Of a stretch of DNA of 64,000 nt, positions 47,219 to 57,995 are shown piece by piece (position 1 is the first letter of the stretch; each line of letters begins with the position of its first letter). The notes under the pieces were generated by a model that saw only the letters and a list, made by a program, of their open reading frames with translations, did not search any database and had not been told where the DNA came from. A program made the translations under genes and the position numbers. The stretch comes from an uncultured Candidatus Rokubacteria bacterium. GTDB lineage: Bacteria; Methylomirabilota; Methylomirabilia; Rokubacteriales; DASRDR01. The DNA lies in assembly GCA_963805625.1 (NCBI GenBank), contig CAWDVE010000010.1, forward strand, positions 64,001-128,000. Direction: 5' to 3'.

Positions 47219-47671
47219 GGCCCTTTTAAATCCTCACAATATTTTCTCAACGCTCTTTTTGGGCTAATGCATCAGCCCCCGCCGCTGTGGCATTCCCTCT
47301 GATAGCGATAATTCCAGAGAAGGTACTACACACCATCGAAAAGCGCAGGGGCGGTCCGGGGGGACAGGCACTGTCTCTCCTATAATAGGTGATTCGCGAT
47401 TTTTTGAAATCCTAGGATTTCCCCTGAAAACAGAGCAGACCGATGTGCGTAGTGGAATGTTTTTACCTCGTAATTATTTGCGATGAACCCCGCCGCCCCC
47501 GACGGGGCGCCCCCGCGGCGGATCAGTGTCTGTACGAATATTTGCAAACACCGCACTGCCCCGCCGTGCCTCGGAGAGGCCCTGAGGCGGGGGATCCTCC
47601 TGAAATTGCGTGGTTTAATGATTTTCATGGTCCGGGTGCGAACTCCTGTTCATTCCCGTTTCAACAGAGCC
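47219..47671 (+). mobile_element. MITE-like element (module C reverse + doublet core)
   Basis: Degenerate left end GGCCCTTTTAAATCCT, right TIR GTTTCAACAGAGCC at 47658-47671; T-tracts on both sides. Confidence 0.85.
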
Positions 47672-47899
47672 TGTTTTTTTGCATTTCTAGGTTCCGGGGA
47701 AAAACATACCAGTTCCCTCAGAAAGGGAGATTGACCGGTACATTATTTGGTAAGGCAACATTCCGGTTTTTCGTGCCGGTATAGTCTGCAGCAGGATAAT
47801 AATCCTGATAAACCTCTGGATCAAAGGACTACTCACGGAATAGAAATCCGGCCGGATAATCGTTGAACCCCTGTTGCAAAAAGAGGATGGTGATAAAAA

Positions 47900-48809
47900 A
47901 TGATGCTCAAAGATTTTCTTGTAAGTTCGGGAACAGATGAAAAACCTCGCAGAATTAATTCTCTTTTTGAGCAGGCAGGCTCAGCTGGTGAAGAAAGGAT
48001 TTCTCGCCACCTGCATGAAAAAATCACCCGATGAATGTACCAGGAATGTCTATGGCGAAGAGCAGATGGCGCTCGACAAATATGCCGACAAGATCTTCAT
48101 TTCCGGATTACAGGAAACACGTCTTGCCCGGTATGTCGCAACCGAAGAACAGGAGCAGGTTATCGAGATAGATCATCCGAAGAATAATTTCGGGGTCGTC
48201 ATCGATCCTCTCGACGGGTCCTCGCTCATTGACGTGAACCTCTGTGTAGGATCCATCATCGGCATCTATCCCGGGCACGTGCTTGAAAAGGGGGCAAAGA
48301 TGGTTGCTGCCCTGTATATCCTGTACGGGCCTCTCACTGTCCTGACATTAACCACGGGAAAGGGAGTGCATGAATTCGTCCTCGATGATTCCGGTGAGTT
48401 TGTTCTGAAGGAGAAAGATATCAGGATTCCTGAGGGGAAAATTTACGCCCCGGGTGCCCTCAGGAAGGATTACCTCCCTGCCCATGCAAAATGGATCGAA
48501 CATCTCGAACAGGCAGGATATAAGCTTCGCTTCAGCGGCTGTTTTGTTGCAGATGTACACCAGATCCTCCACAAAGGAGGAGTGTTCACCTATCCCGGGT
48601 TCAAAGGCAGGGAAAAAGGAAAACTGAGAATGTTATACGAGGCAAATCCCATGGGAATGATAATCCATGAAGCCGGGGGGGCAATCAGCAACGGGAGGGC
48701 TGATATCCTCACTATTATTCCTGAAACCATCGCCCAGATCACCCCGATCTATGTGGGTGGTAAAAAAGAGATACGGCTGATTGAAAAGTTTATGGCTGAC
48801 GGATTATAA
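47900..48809 (+). CDS. fbp: Class I fructose-1,6-bisphosphatase (probable extra A near 47940)
   Basis: [43 protein letters not shown] and [10 protein letters not shown] motifs. Confidence 0.92.
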
Positions 48810-48827
48810 GAAAGGAATGATACGTAT

Positions 48828-49979
48828 ATGAAAGAAAGAGATTTTGGTCCAATCCCCGGTTCAACGATTCTTCGGGGGCTCTCCGGTCAGAAAACAATTG
48901 TTATGGCAGCGAATGCGCGAATTGCCATGGTCGCCCCGGGGATTTTCAAAGCAGCAAAAGACACTGATTCTGCAGTATTTCTGGAGCTTGCCCGGTCTGA
49001 ATGCGACCTGAAAGGGGGTTACACCGGATTAACCCCGAAGGATTTTTCAGAAAAGATGAGAGAAGCAGCGAAGGCTGCACAATTTGACACCTGGGCCCTT
49101 CATGCAGATCATATCACCATAAAAACAGGAGACAGCAAAGAGATCGAAGGAACCAAACAGTTGATCGATGCCCAGATCAATGCAGGGTATACTTCCTTTG
49201 CCATCGATGCCTCTCATCTCTTTGATTTTGAGGGAAAGACGGTCAGGGAGGAGCTGGAGCCCAATATCCGTGCAACAACGGAGCTGGCCCTGTTTATCAA
49301 GAACAGGATGAAGGGAAAGGATTTCGGTCTTGAGGTGGAAGTGGGGGAGATCGGAAGAAAGGACGGGCACGGGCTGATCCTGACAAAGCCGGAAGAGGCA
49401 GTTGAATTCATCCGTGCCCTCAATGAAAATGAGATATATCCCCAGGTGCTTGCCATTGCCAACGGGAGTACCCATGGGCACACGTATGATGAAAACGGCA
49501 ACGTTGTCGAACAACTCTCCATCGATATCCCGCAGACCCGGGCAATCGCACAGGCCCTCAGGGATAACAACCTGCATGTTGGCATCGCCCAGCATGGTAT
49601 TACCGGTACTCCACGGGACCTGATCAACCTGCACTTTCCCAAGGGAGATATCATCAAGGGAAATGTCGGCACCTTCTGGCAGGACGTGGTGTTTACCACG
49701 CTGAAGGTGTATGAACCTGCGTTATACAAAGAAATCCAGGACTGGACCCTGGCAACATACCGGGCGGCAAATCCCGGGAAAAAAGACAGCCAGATATTTG
49801 ATGGCAACTGCAAGTTTGCCATAAAAGAATTTTTCAAGGACCTGTATGCTGTCGGTGAAGATACCGAGAAGGCTATCCAGGCGATGGCATATGCTGAGAG
49901 CCTTGTCTTTTTCAGGGCGTTCGGGTCATACGGTTCTGCTTCCCGGGTGAGAAAGTATCTGAAAAATAATACACCGTAA
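48828..49979 (+). CDS. fba: Class II fructose-bisphosphate aldolase
   Basis: HADH, GYTSFAIDASH, EVEVGEIG, AIANGSTHG, AQHG.TG and KGNVGT motifs. Confidence 0.9.
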   Translation: MKERDFGPIPGSTILRGLSGQKTIVMAANARIAMVAPGIFKAAKDTDSAVFLELARSECDLKGGYTGLTPKDFSEKMREAAKAAQFDTWALHADHITIKTGDSKEIEGTKQLIDAQINAGYTSFAIDASHLFDFEGKTVREELEPNIRATTELALFIKNRMKGKDFGLEVEVGEIGRKDGHGLILTKPEEAVEFIRALNENEIYPQVLAIANGSTHGHTYDENGNVVEQLSIDIPQTRAIAQALRDNNLHVGIAQHGITGTPRDLINLHFPKGDIIKGNVGTFWQDVVFTTLKVYEPALYKEIQDWTLATYRAANPGKKDSQIFDGNCKFAIKEFFKDLYAVGEDTEKAIQAMAYAESLVFFRAFGSYGSASRVRKYLKNNTP

Positions 49980-50019
49980 TATTTTAATATCACGGATATA
50001 TCTCATACTGTGAATTTTT

Positions 50020-51120
50020 ATGGCAAAGACCACGATTTCCGTCATAAAAGCTGATGTGGGAAGTTTCCCCGGCCATTCCCGCACGCACCCGAAGCTTCTG
50101 GAAAAAGCATCGAAGATGCTCAAGGACCAGGAAGGCAGGCTCCTTATCGATTCTTTCGTCACCCACTGCGGCGATGACCTCGAACTGATCATGACCCACA
50201 CCCATGGTGTTGACAATGAGAAGATTCACAAACTTGCCTGGGATGTCTTCATGGAATGCACGGCAATTGCAAAGAGCCTGAAACTCTATGGTGCCGGACA
50301 GGACATGCTCGCCGATGCGTTTGCGGGAAATGTCAAAGGAATGGGCCCCGGTGTTGCGGAGATGGAGTTTGAGGAACGGGGCAGCGATCCCGTCCTCGTT
50401 TTCATGGCAGACAAGACCGAGCCGGGGGCATGGAACTTTTTCCTGTACAAGATCTTTGCCGACCCGTTCAACACCGCAGGTCTGGTGATCGACCCGTCGA
50501 TGCACAGTGGTTTTATTTTCGAAGTGCACGACCTGTTCAAAAAGCGCCGTATCATGTTCCGGTGCCCGGAAGAGATATACAACCTGCTCGCCTACATCGG
50601 CGCACCCTCGCGCTACGTCATCAAGCACGTCTTTAAAAAGGATGGCACGATAGGTGCATCGACGAGTACCCAGCGCCTTGCCCTGCTCGCAGGGAGGTAT
50701 GTGGGTAAGGATGATCCTGTCATGATTGTCCGGTCCCAGAGCGGTTTTCCCGCTGTCGGAGAGGTCATCGAACCGTTCTGTACCCCCGTTCTTGTCGCAG
50801 GCTGGATGCGGGGATCCCACCACGGCCCGTTTATGCCGGTCGGATTGTGTGATGCCAACTGCACACGTTTCGACGGTCCGCCGCGAGTCATCTGCATGGG
50901 TTTCCAGGTATCGGACGGGAAACTCATCGGTCCGGCCGATATGTTTGATGATGTCGGGTTTGATCGGGTGCGGGCACGGTGCAATGAGATCGCTGATCTC
51001 ATCCGGGCCCAGGGACCGTTCGAACCCCACCGTCTCTCCCTCGGCGAGATGGAATATACCACCCTCCCGTCGGTAGAAAAAGATCTTGCGAAGCGCTGGG
51101 AACCGCTTCCCGAGACCTGA
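50020..51120 (+). CDS. Bifunctional fructose-1,6-bisphosphate aldolase/phosphatase (class V FBPase)
   Basis: IKADVG, CGDD, LYGAGQD, DKTEPGAWN, YVGKDDP (Schiff-base Lys), GWMRGSH, FDGPP and MEYTT motifs. Confidence 0.96.
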   Translation: MAKTTISVIKADVGSFPGHSRTHPKLLEKASKMLKDQEGRLLIDSFVTHCGDDLELIMTHTHGVDNEKIHKLAWDVFMECTAIAKSLKLYGAGQDMLADAFAGNVKGMGPGVAEMEFEERGSDPVLVFMADKTEPGAWNFFLYKIFADPFNTAGLVIDPSMHSGFIFEVHDLFKKRRIMFRCPEEIYNLLAYIGAPSRYVIKHVFKKDGTIGASTSTQRLALLAGRYVGKDDPVMIVRSQSGFPAVGEVIEPFCTPVLVAGWMRGSHHGPFMPVGLCDANCTRFDGPPRVICMGFQVSDGKLIGPADMFDDVGFDRVRARCNEIADLIRAQGPFEPHRLSLGEMEYTTLPSVEKDLAKRWEPLPET

Positions 51121-51126
51121 TTTTTC

Positions 51127-51588
51127 GGCTCTGTCAGAGATCCTCGACACTATTTTTCTCAACGCTCTTTTAGGGCTACGGCACGTAATGCCTCCGCTCC
51201 CGCCGCTGTGGCATCTTCCTGGAGCGATAACTCCAGAGAAGGTAATACAACACCATCGCAAAGTGCAGGGGCAGTTCGGGAGACAGGCACTGTCCCTCCG
51301 ATAACAAGGATTCGCAATTTGTTGAAATCTCAGGAATTTCCCATGAAATTAAATTAAACAGATATGGGTAATGGAATGTTTATCCCTCATAATTATTTGT
51401 GATGAACGCCGCCGCCCCCGAAGGGACGCCCCCGCGGCGGATCAGATCCAAAGAATTTCAAACACCTCCCTGCCCCGCCGTGCCTCGGAGAGGCCCTGAG
51501 GCGGGGAGCCCTCATAAAATTACAGGGTTTAATGATTTTCATGGTCTGGGTGAGAACCATCCCGTTCATGCCCGTTTCAACCGAGACC
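51127..51588 (+). mobile_element. MITE-like element flanked by a direct repeat
   Basis: GGCTCTGTCAGAGATCCT ... GTTTCAACCGAGACC; TGATTTTTC on both sides (51118-51126 and 51589-51597). Confidence 0.88.
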
Positions 51589-51742
51589 TGATTTTTCTCT
51601 TTCGTTTTCTTTTTCGTTCTGTTATCTCTCTTCATTTCCCCGGTTTGGACACCATACCTATCCCTGATATTCATATGAAATGTTTCTTTGAGATCATGCT
51701 CATGAGCAAACTTTAATTATCTTACATCCCAAATTAGGGCAG

Positions 51743-51982
51743 ATGGTTAACGGAATTGTTTTGCCGATAAAAAAAGTGTTTGGCCTTGTGGATTCGAAAA
51801 TATCTGTCGAGATCAAAGACGAGGAAAAGAAACTGCAGGGGCGCCTCGTTGCCGTGGACGAGTACCTGAATATTCACATGGAAGAGACCATTGAATTTAT
51901 CAACAACCAGCGGGGAAGAAGCCTTGGCACAGTCGTAATCAGGGGCAATAATATCCTGACTATTGCGCCTCTTATCTCATGA
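51743..51982 (+). CDS. Sm-like (Lsm/SmAP) RNA-binding protein
   Basis: Sm1 (GRLVAVDEYLNIHM) and Sm2 (LGTVVIRGNNI) motifs. Confidence 0.92.
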   Translation: MVNGIVLPIKKVFGLVDSKISVEIKDEEKKLQGRLVAVDEYLNIHMEETIEFINNQRGRSLGTVVIRGNNILTIAPLIS

Positions 51983-52341
51983 GCGGACAAGGTGGTCACG
52001 TGGAAGATCCTGTTGATGATGCACTGAAACTGATCCAGTCGAAACCCGAAGGAATTCTCCAGAGCGAGCTCTGGAAGGAACTGGGGGTTGACAGCCGCAA
52101 ATGTTCGCGGATTGTCAAGAAACTTGAAGATGGCGGGCTCATCGAAAGGTCCGAGTTCAGGAAAGACGGGATCAAAACCTATCTCCTGCGTGCAAAACAG
52201 ATGCCGGTGAATCCCTGCGACCTTCTCGCCGGTGATGAATTAATTCCCTGTATCAACTGCGAACTCGAATGTATCGTTGAGGAATGTCATCCGCTCATGG
52301 ACTGGATGTACCAGCTGGCCATCGTCCATCATACGGAATAA
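51979..52341 (+). CDS. Winged-helix protein with C-terminal 4-Cys cluster (RPC34/TFE-beta-like)
   Basis: GILQSELWKELGVDSRKCSRIVKKLE..GLIER and PCINC..EC....C..L.DW; overlaps the Lsm stop (ATGA). Confidence 0.75.
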   Translation: MSGQGGHVEDPVDDALKLIQSKPEGILQSELWKELGVDSRKCSRIVKKLEDGGLIERSEFRKDGIKTYLLRAKQMPVNPCDLLAGDELIPCINCELECIVEECHPLMDWMYQLAIVHHTE

Positions 52342-52434
52342 TTTTCTTTTTTTCCCTGGTGAAGTGATTACTGGTCGATGTAATCATTTCGATATGCTCA
52401 TAACCAGAATCAGCAGATCTTTATCCTGTTTATT

Positions 52435-52959
52435 ATGAACCGATACAGGATTCCGCTTATACTCCAGTGCCTTGTTTTTTTGATCCCTCTGAATATCTTC
52501 ATGTGGGGAGACTGGATTATTGTTGATCTCCAATGGGCGTTCTTCCGATTCCAGAGTTCGCCCTACGGAGACAGTCTGATTCCCATCTATAAGGATATCA
52601 GTTATATCCTGCTCGGTCAGACCTCGGGAATTCACCCTGTTCTTGCTGTCGTGTTCTGGGTGGCGGGAGGAGCTCTTCTTGTCATCGGTCTTTTAAGTAT
52701 ACTTTTTGCCTACATCAACGAACGACCGGATTTTATCAGGAAAACATCGATTTTCACTATTTTCGCAGGAATCTTCTTTGGTCTTTCGGCAATCGAACGG
52801 TTCGTCGGGGGTTTTGCAATTCCCGTGGGCGTTCCGGTGATCCTTATCATCGGATGGTGGATGTACCGGGAGGGATCCGGTGATGACGAAACCGATGATG
52901 AACCCGGTGATGGAAACCATGACGAACCCGGTGATGAAAAGGTGATCGGGCCTCAATAA
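52435..52959 (+). CDS. Hypothetical membrane protein with acidic tail
   Basis: Four hydrophobic segments; C-terminal DDEPGD repeats. Confidence 0.7.
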   Translation: MNRYRIPLILQCLVFLIPLNIFMWGDWIIVDLQWAFFRFQSSPYGDSLIPIYKDISYILLGQTSGIHPVLAVVFWVAGGALLVIGLLSILFAYINERPDFIRKTSIFTIFAGIFFGLSAIERFVGGFAIPVGVPVILIIGWWMYREGSGDDETDDEPGDGNHDEPGDEKVIGPQ

Positions 52960-53259
52960 CTTTCAACATTTTTTACCAGATGATTTCACAGAAAAAGGTT
53001 TGTATCACCTGAACCGCCTGAATCCGGAAGCACTGGAGCATAATGCGACTGGTTTCCGGAACAATAAGGAATCCGGCGAGAACAGTCATTTCATCCTTCT
53101 TGTTCGTGTTGTACGTGAAATTCCGAAGGCCACCGCGTATCAATTCCCTGATTCGTATAAAAAATCAGCCGGTAACCCTGGATTCTCAACAACTATTTAT
53201 CGCACAACCTTCCACCTCATATGAGTGGACAGCACGCCATCTCCTCCGGGACAGTATCT

Positions 53260-54940
53260 ATGATCTCTGTTTTGTTTGTCGACGATAATACCGATCTTTT
53301 CGGGCAGATCCGCTCATTCCTGGAAAAGGCCGGCGATATCAGGATTGACAACGCCCGTTCCATAAAACAGGCAATCGAGAAAATGAAAGGCCGTACGTAT
53401 GATGTAATCCTTTCCTACGAGCAGATACCGGAAGTGAATCGGCATTGAATTTGTCTCGGATATGAATGGCATTGAATTTTTAAAATATCTCAAATCAACG
53501 GGAAATACAACCCCGGTGATCCTGCTCTGCCGGAGGGGTTCCCAGAAGATTGCTGTCCAGGAAGTCATGATCGGCTCCGAGATCAGCATCCCGAAAAATG
53601 GCGATATACGCCCGAATCTTCCCGAACTGGTTACCCTTATCAAACAGACAATGCTGCGAAGGAAAGCAGAACGGGAAGTAAAAATGCAGAACGACCAGCT
53701 CGCCTCCATCCTGTCTGCAACTCCTCTGGGGATATTCCAGGTCCGAAACGAGGTCATCACGTGGGCAAATCCTCAGTTTGCCGGGATGCTCGGTTATGAA
53801 GAATCATATCCTGTCGGTAAAGAGATGTGCAGTTTCTTCAAAGCTCCTGAAGACTTTGAACGTGTATGCCATGAACTCCGGATTACCAAAACATCCCGGG
53901 GTTTTGGCATGGCCGAATGCAGCCTGGTGAAAAAAGATCATACCTCCCTTGTCTGCCAGCTCCAGGTGCAGGCAGTTGATCCCCGTGATATCGGCAAAGC
54001 CGGTACGTTCGTTGTTACGGATGTCTCAGAAAAAAGGAAGATAGCCGATGCATTGAAAGAGAGTGAGGCACGATACCGGGAAGTGCTCCAGAATACCCAG
54101 AGCATCATTATCCGGATGGACACCCAGGGTACCATCACCTTTTTCAACCGTTTTGCTCTCGAATTCTTCGATTATACCGGTGATGAGGTAATCGGCAAGA
54201 ATGTCGTTGGCACCATCGTTGCAGAGAGAGGGCGTTCCGGGCATGACCTGTCCATGATGGCAAACGATCTCGGGTTCAACGCGGAAGGATATGCTGTTAA
54301 CGTGAATGAGAACGTGCGCCGGAACGGCGATCGGGTCTGGATCGCGTGGATCAACAAGGCAATCCGCGATGAACAGGGCCATATTATCGAGATCCTCTGC
54401 ATCGGAAACGACATTACCGATCGGAAGCGGACCGGTGAGGTACGCATCAGTACCGATACATGGAAGGACATTGTTGTGGCGGATACGGATGTGAAAGAGG
54501 AAGTATTTGATGCGGTCTTTCACATCAGTACCGAAATATCGATTGAGGGCAGGGAAGGAAAATCTGTCGGGACGACGTTCCTCATCGGCGATGCGGATAA
54601 TGTCATGGCAAAATCACGGCAGATATCGCTCAACGCATTCGAGGGGCAGAAACCTGAGTCGCGTATGATCACCAACCAGGACATCAAGGAGAACATCAAG
54701 GAATTTGCCCAGCTCGACGGGGCGTTTGTTATTGACGGCACGGGTTATATACGGGCACAGAGCCGGTATATCACCGTCGATACCAGTAATGTTTCCCTTC
54801 CCAAGGGCATGGGTACCCGCCACAATTCTGTTGCCGCGATGACGCAGGTCACCACCGCGGTTGGTATTGTCGTGTCCCAGAGCGGCGGGGGGATTACCAT
54901 CTTTAAGAATGGACTGATCCTCAAGAAGATTACCCTGTGA
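53260..54940 (+). CDS. Pseudo-receiver - PAS - PAS - diadenylate cyclase (DisA_N/DAC) fusion; frameshift near 53440
   Basis: ISVLFVDD receiver start; two PAS/PAC blocks (ITWANPQFAGMLGY, ITFFNRFA..GDEVIGKN..GNDITDRKR); DAC motifs EGREGK.VGT, QLDGAF, GTRHNS and VSQSGG. Confidence 0.88.
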
Positions 54941-54983
54941 TGCACCGGGATCTCACTGCGGTTTCACGATAGCGTCATTTTTG

Positions 54984-55290
54984 GGCTATAGCCCGTAGCC
55001 CACGATCTCCAAGGTATCGTTGATGAAAATTATTGTGAGGATTTTACACGTGAAATTTGCACCAATAATACCAGGATACATGCTTCCGGTGATAGATCTG
55101 GACTCCAATCACGGAAGTACCGATGGGATGACCTGCGCCGCACCACCGAAGGGACGCCCCCGCGGCGCTTCAATTACCTGCAAAACATCGCCCAGACCTC
55201 TCAAGAGACCTGTTACGGATGGCAGTCATACCTTCATATTTTTCATGGTTTGGGTGCGAACTCCAGTTCATGCCCGTTTCAACATGAGCC
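54984..55290 (+). mobile_element. Decayed MITE-like copy
   Basis: Module C end ATTGTGAGGATTT (55042), degenerate A hairpin CCGAAGGGACGCCCCCGCGGCG (55146), right end GGGTGCGAACTCCAGTTCATGCCCGTTTCAACATGAGCC. Confidence 0.7.
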
Positions 55291-55613
55291 CTTTCCTGCA
55301 TTTTTCGGGAGCGAGATTAAAAAAAGAGGTTCAATAACTTTTCTTTCAGCTGGTGTTATGGTGATAAATTCCTTCAACTTTGCGCGGATTTTTACATCAT
55401 ACAGGAAAAGGTCACACGTGAATTCCCGATCGCTGGAGTGAACGGCTGGTATTTTTCCATCATGGTTTTTCATCAATTCACGATAAAAAACCTTTGCATC
55501 CCTGGGTCGTTCTTTGTCGACAGGATAGATATTATACGAATGAATCATCCGGTTCATTTTATACCACTTTGTGGTTACATTATATAAATTTATCTCTCAT
55601 TTGTTACCCCGTT

Positions 55614-57686
55614 TTATCCGGAACGACAGTTTTTCCCGTGGTATTCTTCCCAGCACAGGTGACGGCATATGTTTCCTACCGCTTTGAATGCATCTTCAAG
55701 ATCCGGGAAATTCGGGATACCGGAGTCATGGAGTATGCGAAGCGGAGTCTTCATGGAATCGCCACCGATCATGCACCCGACGATCATCCTGTGGGTGTTT
55801 TTTGAGAATCTGACCAGCTCATTTGCAACCCGTATCGGATCGGATATTGCCGAGGGTACTGCAATGATAAACGCGATATCCCAGAGATCCTGGTTTTTGA
55901 TCATGACATCGAACGTGCGGGCAAACCGGTCAGCCGAGGCATCCCCGACCATATCGATCGGGTTGCGACGGTTCCAGTCAGGAGGAAGGATAAGGTCCAG
56001 TTCCCTGATTATGAAGTCGGGAAGATCCACCAGTTCGATACCGAACTGCTCTGCATAATCGGATGAAAGAACTGCAAAACCTCCGGCATTGCTGATGACT
56101 ATTGCACGGATACCGTTGGGATATCCTTCCGATGAAAGGAGTTCGGCGGTCTGGAACGCCTCCCGCATGGACCGGACGGGAATGATGCCGGACTGCCAGA
56201 ACGCTGCCTGGTATACTTCGTAACTCCCGGCCAGCGAACCGGTATGCGAGGCTGCCGTCATCTGCCCGATCCTGGATGAACCGGACTTGATCGCAACAAC
56301 AGGTTTTTCAGGCGTTACCCCACGGGCAATTTCCATGAAGCGTCGGCCGTCGGGGATCTCTTCGATGTAGAGGATAACTGCACGGGTAGCAGGATCATCG
56401 CCGGCATAGGTCAGGAAATCCTCAAAACTCAGATCAGCCTGGTTGCCAACGCTGATAACGGCAGAAAAACCTATTTCTTCGGGCAGGCTCCAGTCAACGA
56501 TGGTAGAGATGATCGCCCCGCTCTGGGAGATAAATGCAATGGAACCGGGTTTTGGCGATATCGGATCAAATGTTGTATTGATACCCTGGAGCGGCAACAT
56601 AAGTCCGAGGCAGTTCGGACCCATAATGCGAATGCCATACTTTTCTGCAATCAGCAGGACATTGCGTTCAAGATCCTTTCCTGCTTCACCGCTTTCCCTG
56701 AATCCGGATGAGATAATGATAGCGAATAAAATCCCCTTTTTCCCGGCTTCTTCAACGACAAGCGGTACAGTCCGGGCCGGAACTGCAATTACGGCGACAT
56801 CGACCTTGTCGGGAATTGCGGAAAGTGAAGGGTAGACCGTCCGCCCAAGGATGGTCTGGTGTTTTGGATTTACCGGGTAGAGCTGTCCGGGGAATGACAG
56901 GAGGTTTCTCAGGACCGCGTACCCTACCTTATTGGGTTCTGGCGAAGCGCCGACCAGTGCAATCGATTTGATATCCAGGATCCCGGGTGGAAGGGGTTTT
57001 TTCTGCGGGGGCTGGGGCACACTCGTCTCATCGGTCACATAGATCCGGGCATCCACAATACATGTCCCTTTTTCATAGAGAAAAACCGGGTTGAGGTCGA
57101 ATTCTGTCACCTCAGTATGTGCCATGAAAAACTGTGCTACCGTGTCGATCAATGCAATGAGCCCTTCCTTGTCGCGTGCCGGTTCGTTGCGGAATCCCCT
57201 GATCAGGGGATATGCCTGCAATTCCTGGATCATGGCATTGATATCGGCATGCCCGACCGGCAGTACCCGTATCGACACGTCACGGATAAGCTCGACAAGG
57301 GTCCCCCCCATACCGACGGTAATGATCTTCCCGAATGTCGGATCTATCCTGCCCCCGACAAGGATCTCGAGTCCCTTTTTCTCCTGTCGTTCGATAATGA
57401 AACCGGAGATATCGGCTGATGGATCATGTGCCTTTACCTTGGAAGAGATCGTATCGAATGCACGTTCGGCATCGGCAGCAGACAGAATACCGGTCACAAC
57501 CCCCCCGGCATCACTTTTGTGAACTACCCGGGGAGAAATGACCTTCATAACCAGCGGGTAACCCAGCGAATCGGCAGCTGCTGCAACTTCACTGCGGGTC
57601 CGGATAACAAGAAATTCAGGAACCGGTATGCCGTTTTTTTTCAATAGTTCGTATCCTTCTGCTTCGGAAAGCATCCTGCGAGCCAT
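55614..57686 (-). CDS. acd: ADP-forming acetate--CoA ligase, fused beta-alpha type
   Basis: ATP-grasp beta part (HKSDAGGV, FDLNP) followed by CoA-binding alpha part (GAS, GPNCLG, SQSGA, SHTGSLAG, NPIDM.GDA). Confidence 0.9.
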   Translation of the reverse strand: MARRMLSEAEGYELLKKNGIPVPEFLVIRTRSEVAAAADSLGYPLVMKVISPRVVHKSDAGGVVTGILSAADAERAFDTISSKVKAHDPSADISGFIIERQEKKGLEILVGGRIDPTFGKIITVGMGGTLVELIRDVSIRVLPVGHADINAMIQELQAYPLIRGFRNEPARDKEGLIALIDTVAQFFMAHTEVTEFDLNPVFLYEKGTCIVDARIYVTDETSVPQPPQKKPLPPGILDIKSIALVGASPEPNKVGYAVLRNLLSFPGQLYPVNPKHQTILGRTVYPSLSAIPDKVDVAVIAVPARTVPLVVEEAGKKGILFAIIISSGFRESGEAGKDLERNVLLIAEKYGIRIMGPNCLGLMLPLQGINTTFDPISPKPGSIAFISQSGAIISTIVDWSLPEEIGFSAVISVGNQADLSFEDFLTYAGDDPATRAVILYIEEIPDGRRFMEIARGVTPEKPVVAIKSGSSRIGQMTAASHTGSLAGSYEVYQAAFWQSGIIPVRSMREAFQTAELLSSEGYPNGIRAIVISNAGGFAVLSSDYAEQFGIELVDLPDFIIRELDLILPPDWNRRNPIDMVGDASADRFARTFDVMIKNQDLWDIAFIIAVPSAISDPIRVANELVRFSKNTHRMIVGCMIGGDSMKTPLRILHDSGIPNFPDLEDAFKAVGNICRHLCWEEYHGKNCRSG

Positions 57687-57995
57687 AATCAGTAATTCCC
57701 GTGTAGGTATAGCCGGCTCTTACATTATAGGTTTTTTATTACGAACGCTGAAAAAAGCAACATTTACGGGTCTTATCCGGGTATCTCCTCACAAAAACGA
57801 AATGAGGGTGACACTATATCATCGATTTCCCAACGCCCTGTCATTTGCTCGCAGAAGTTACCTGCAAGGTTTTAATCGTTTTCGGCAGGTTTTTCAGAAA
57901 TTGCTCAATGCAGGGGGAAATTTCTTATCGGCACATCATATCTGATATTACCTATTGAGAGATGATTACCCGTCCCGAGAAAAATCATCGGATTT

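Noticed and set aside
47483-47734. Recurrent short ORFs from the repeat core (MNPAAPDGAPPRRI..PPCLGEALRRG; also 21719-21946, 51399-51716, 62736-62921) as a peptide family
   Set aside because: The frame between hairpins A and B differs among copies (spacers of 24, 29 and 40 nt) and the stops vary, so conservation is at nucleotide/structure level.
49990-51261. 423-aa minus-strand ORF
   Set aside because: Antisense shadow of the well-conserved FBP aldolase/phosphatase; it begins inside the MITE and has no recognisable motifs.
55279-55557. 92-aa minus-strand ORF downstream of acd
   Set aside because: No motif recognised and it ends inside the decayed MITE; possibly a gene remnant.
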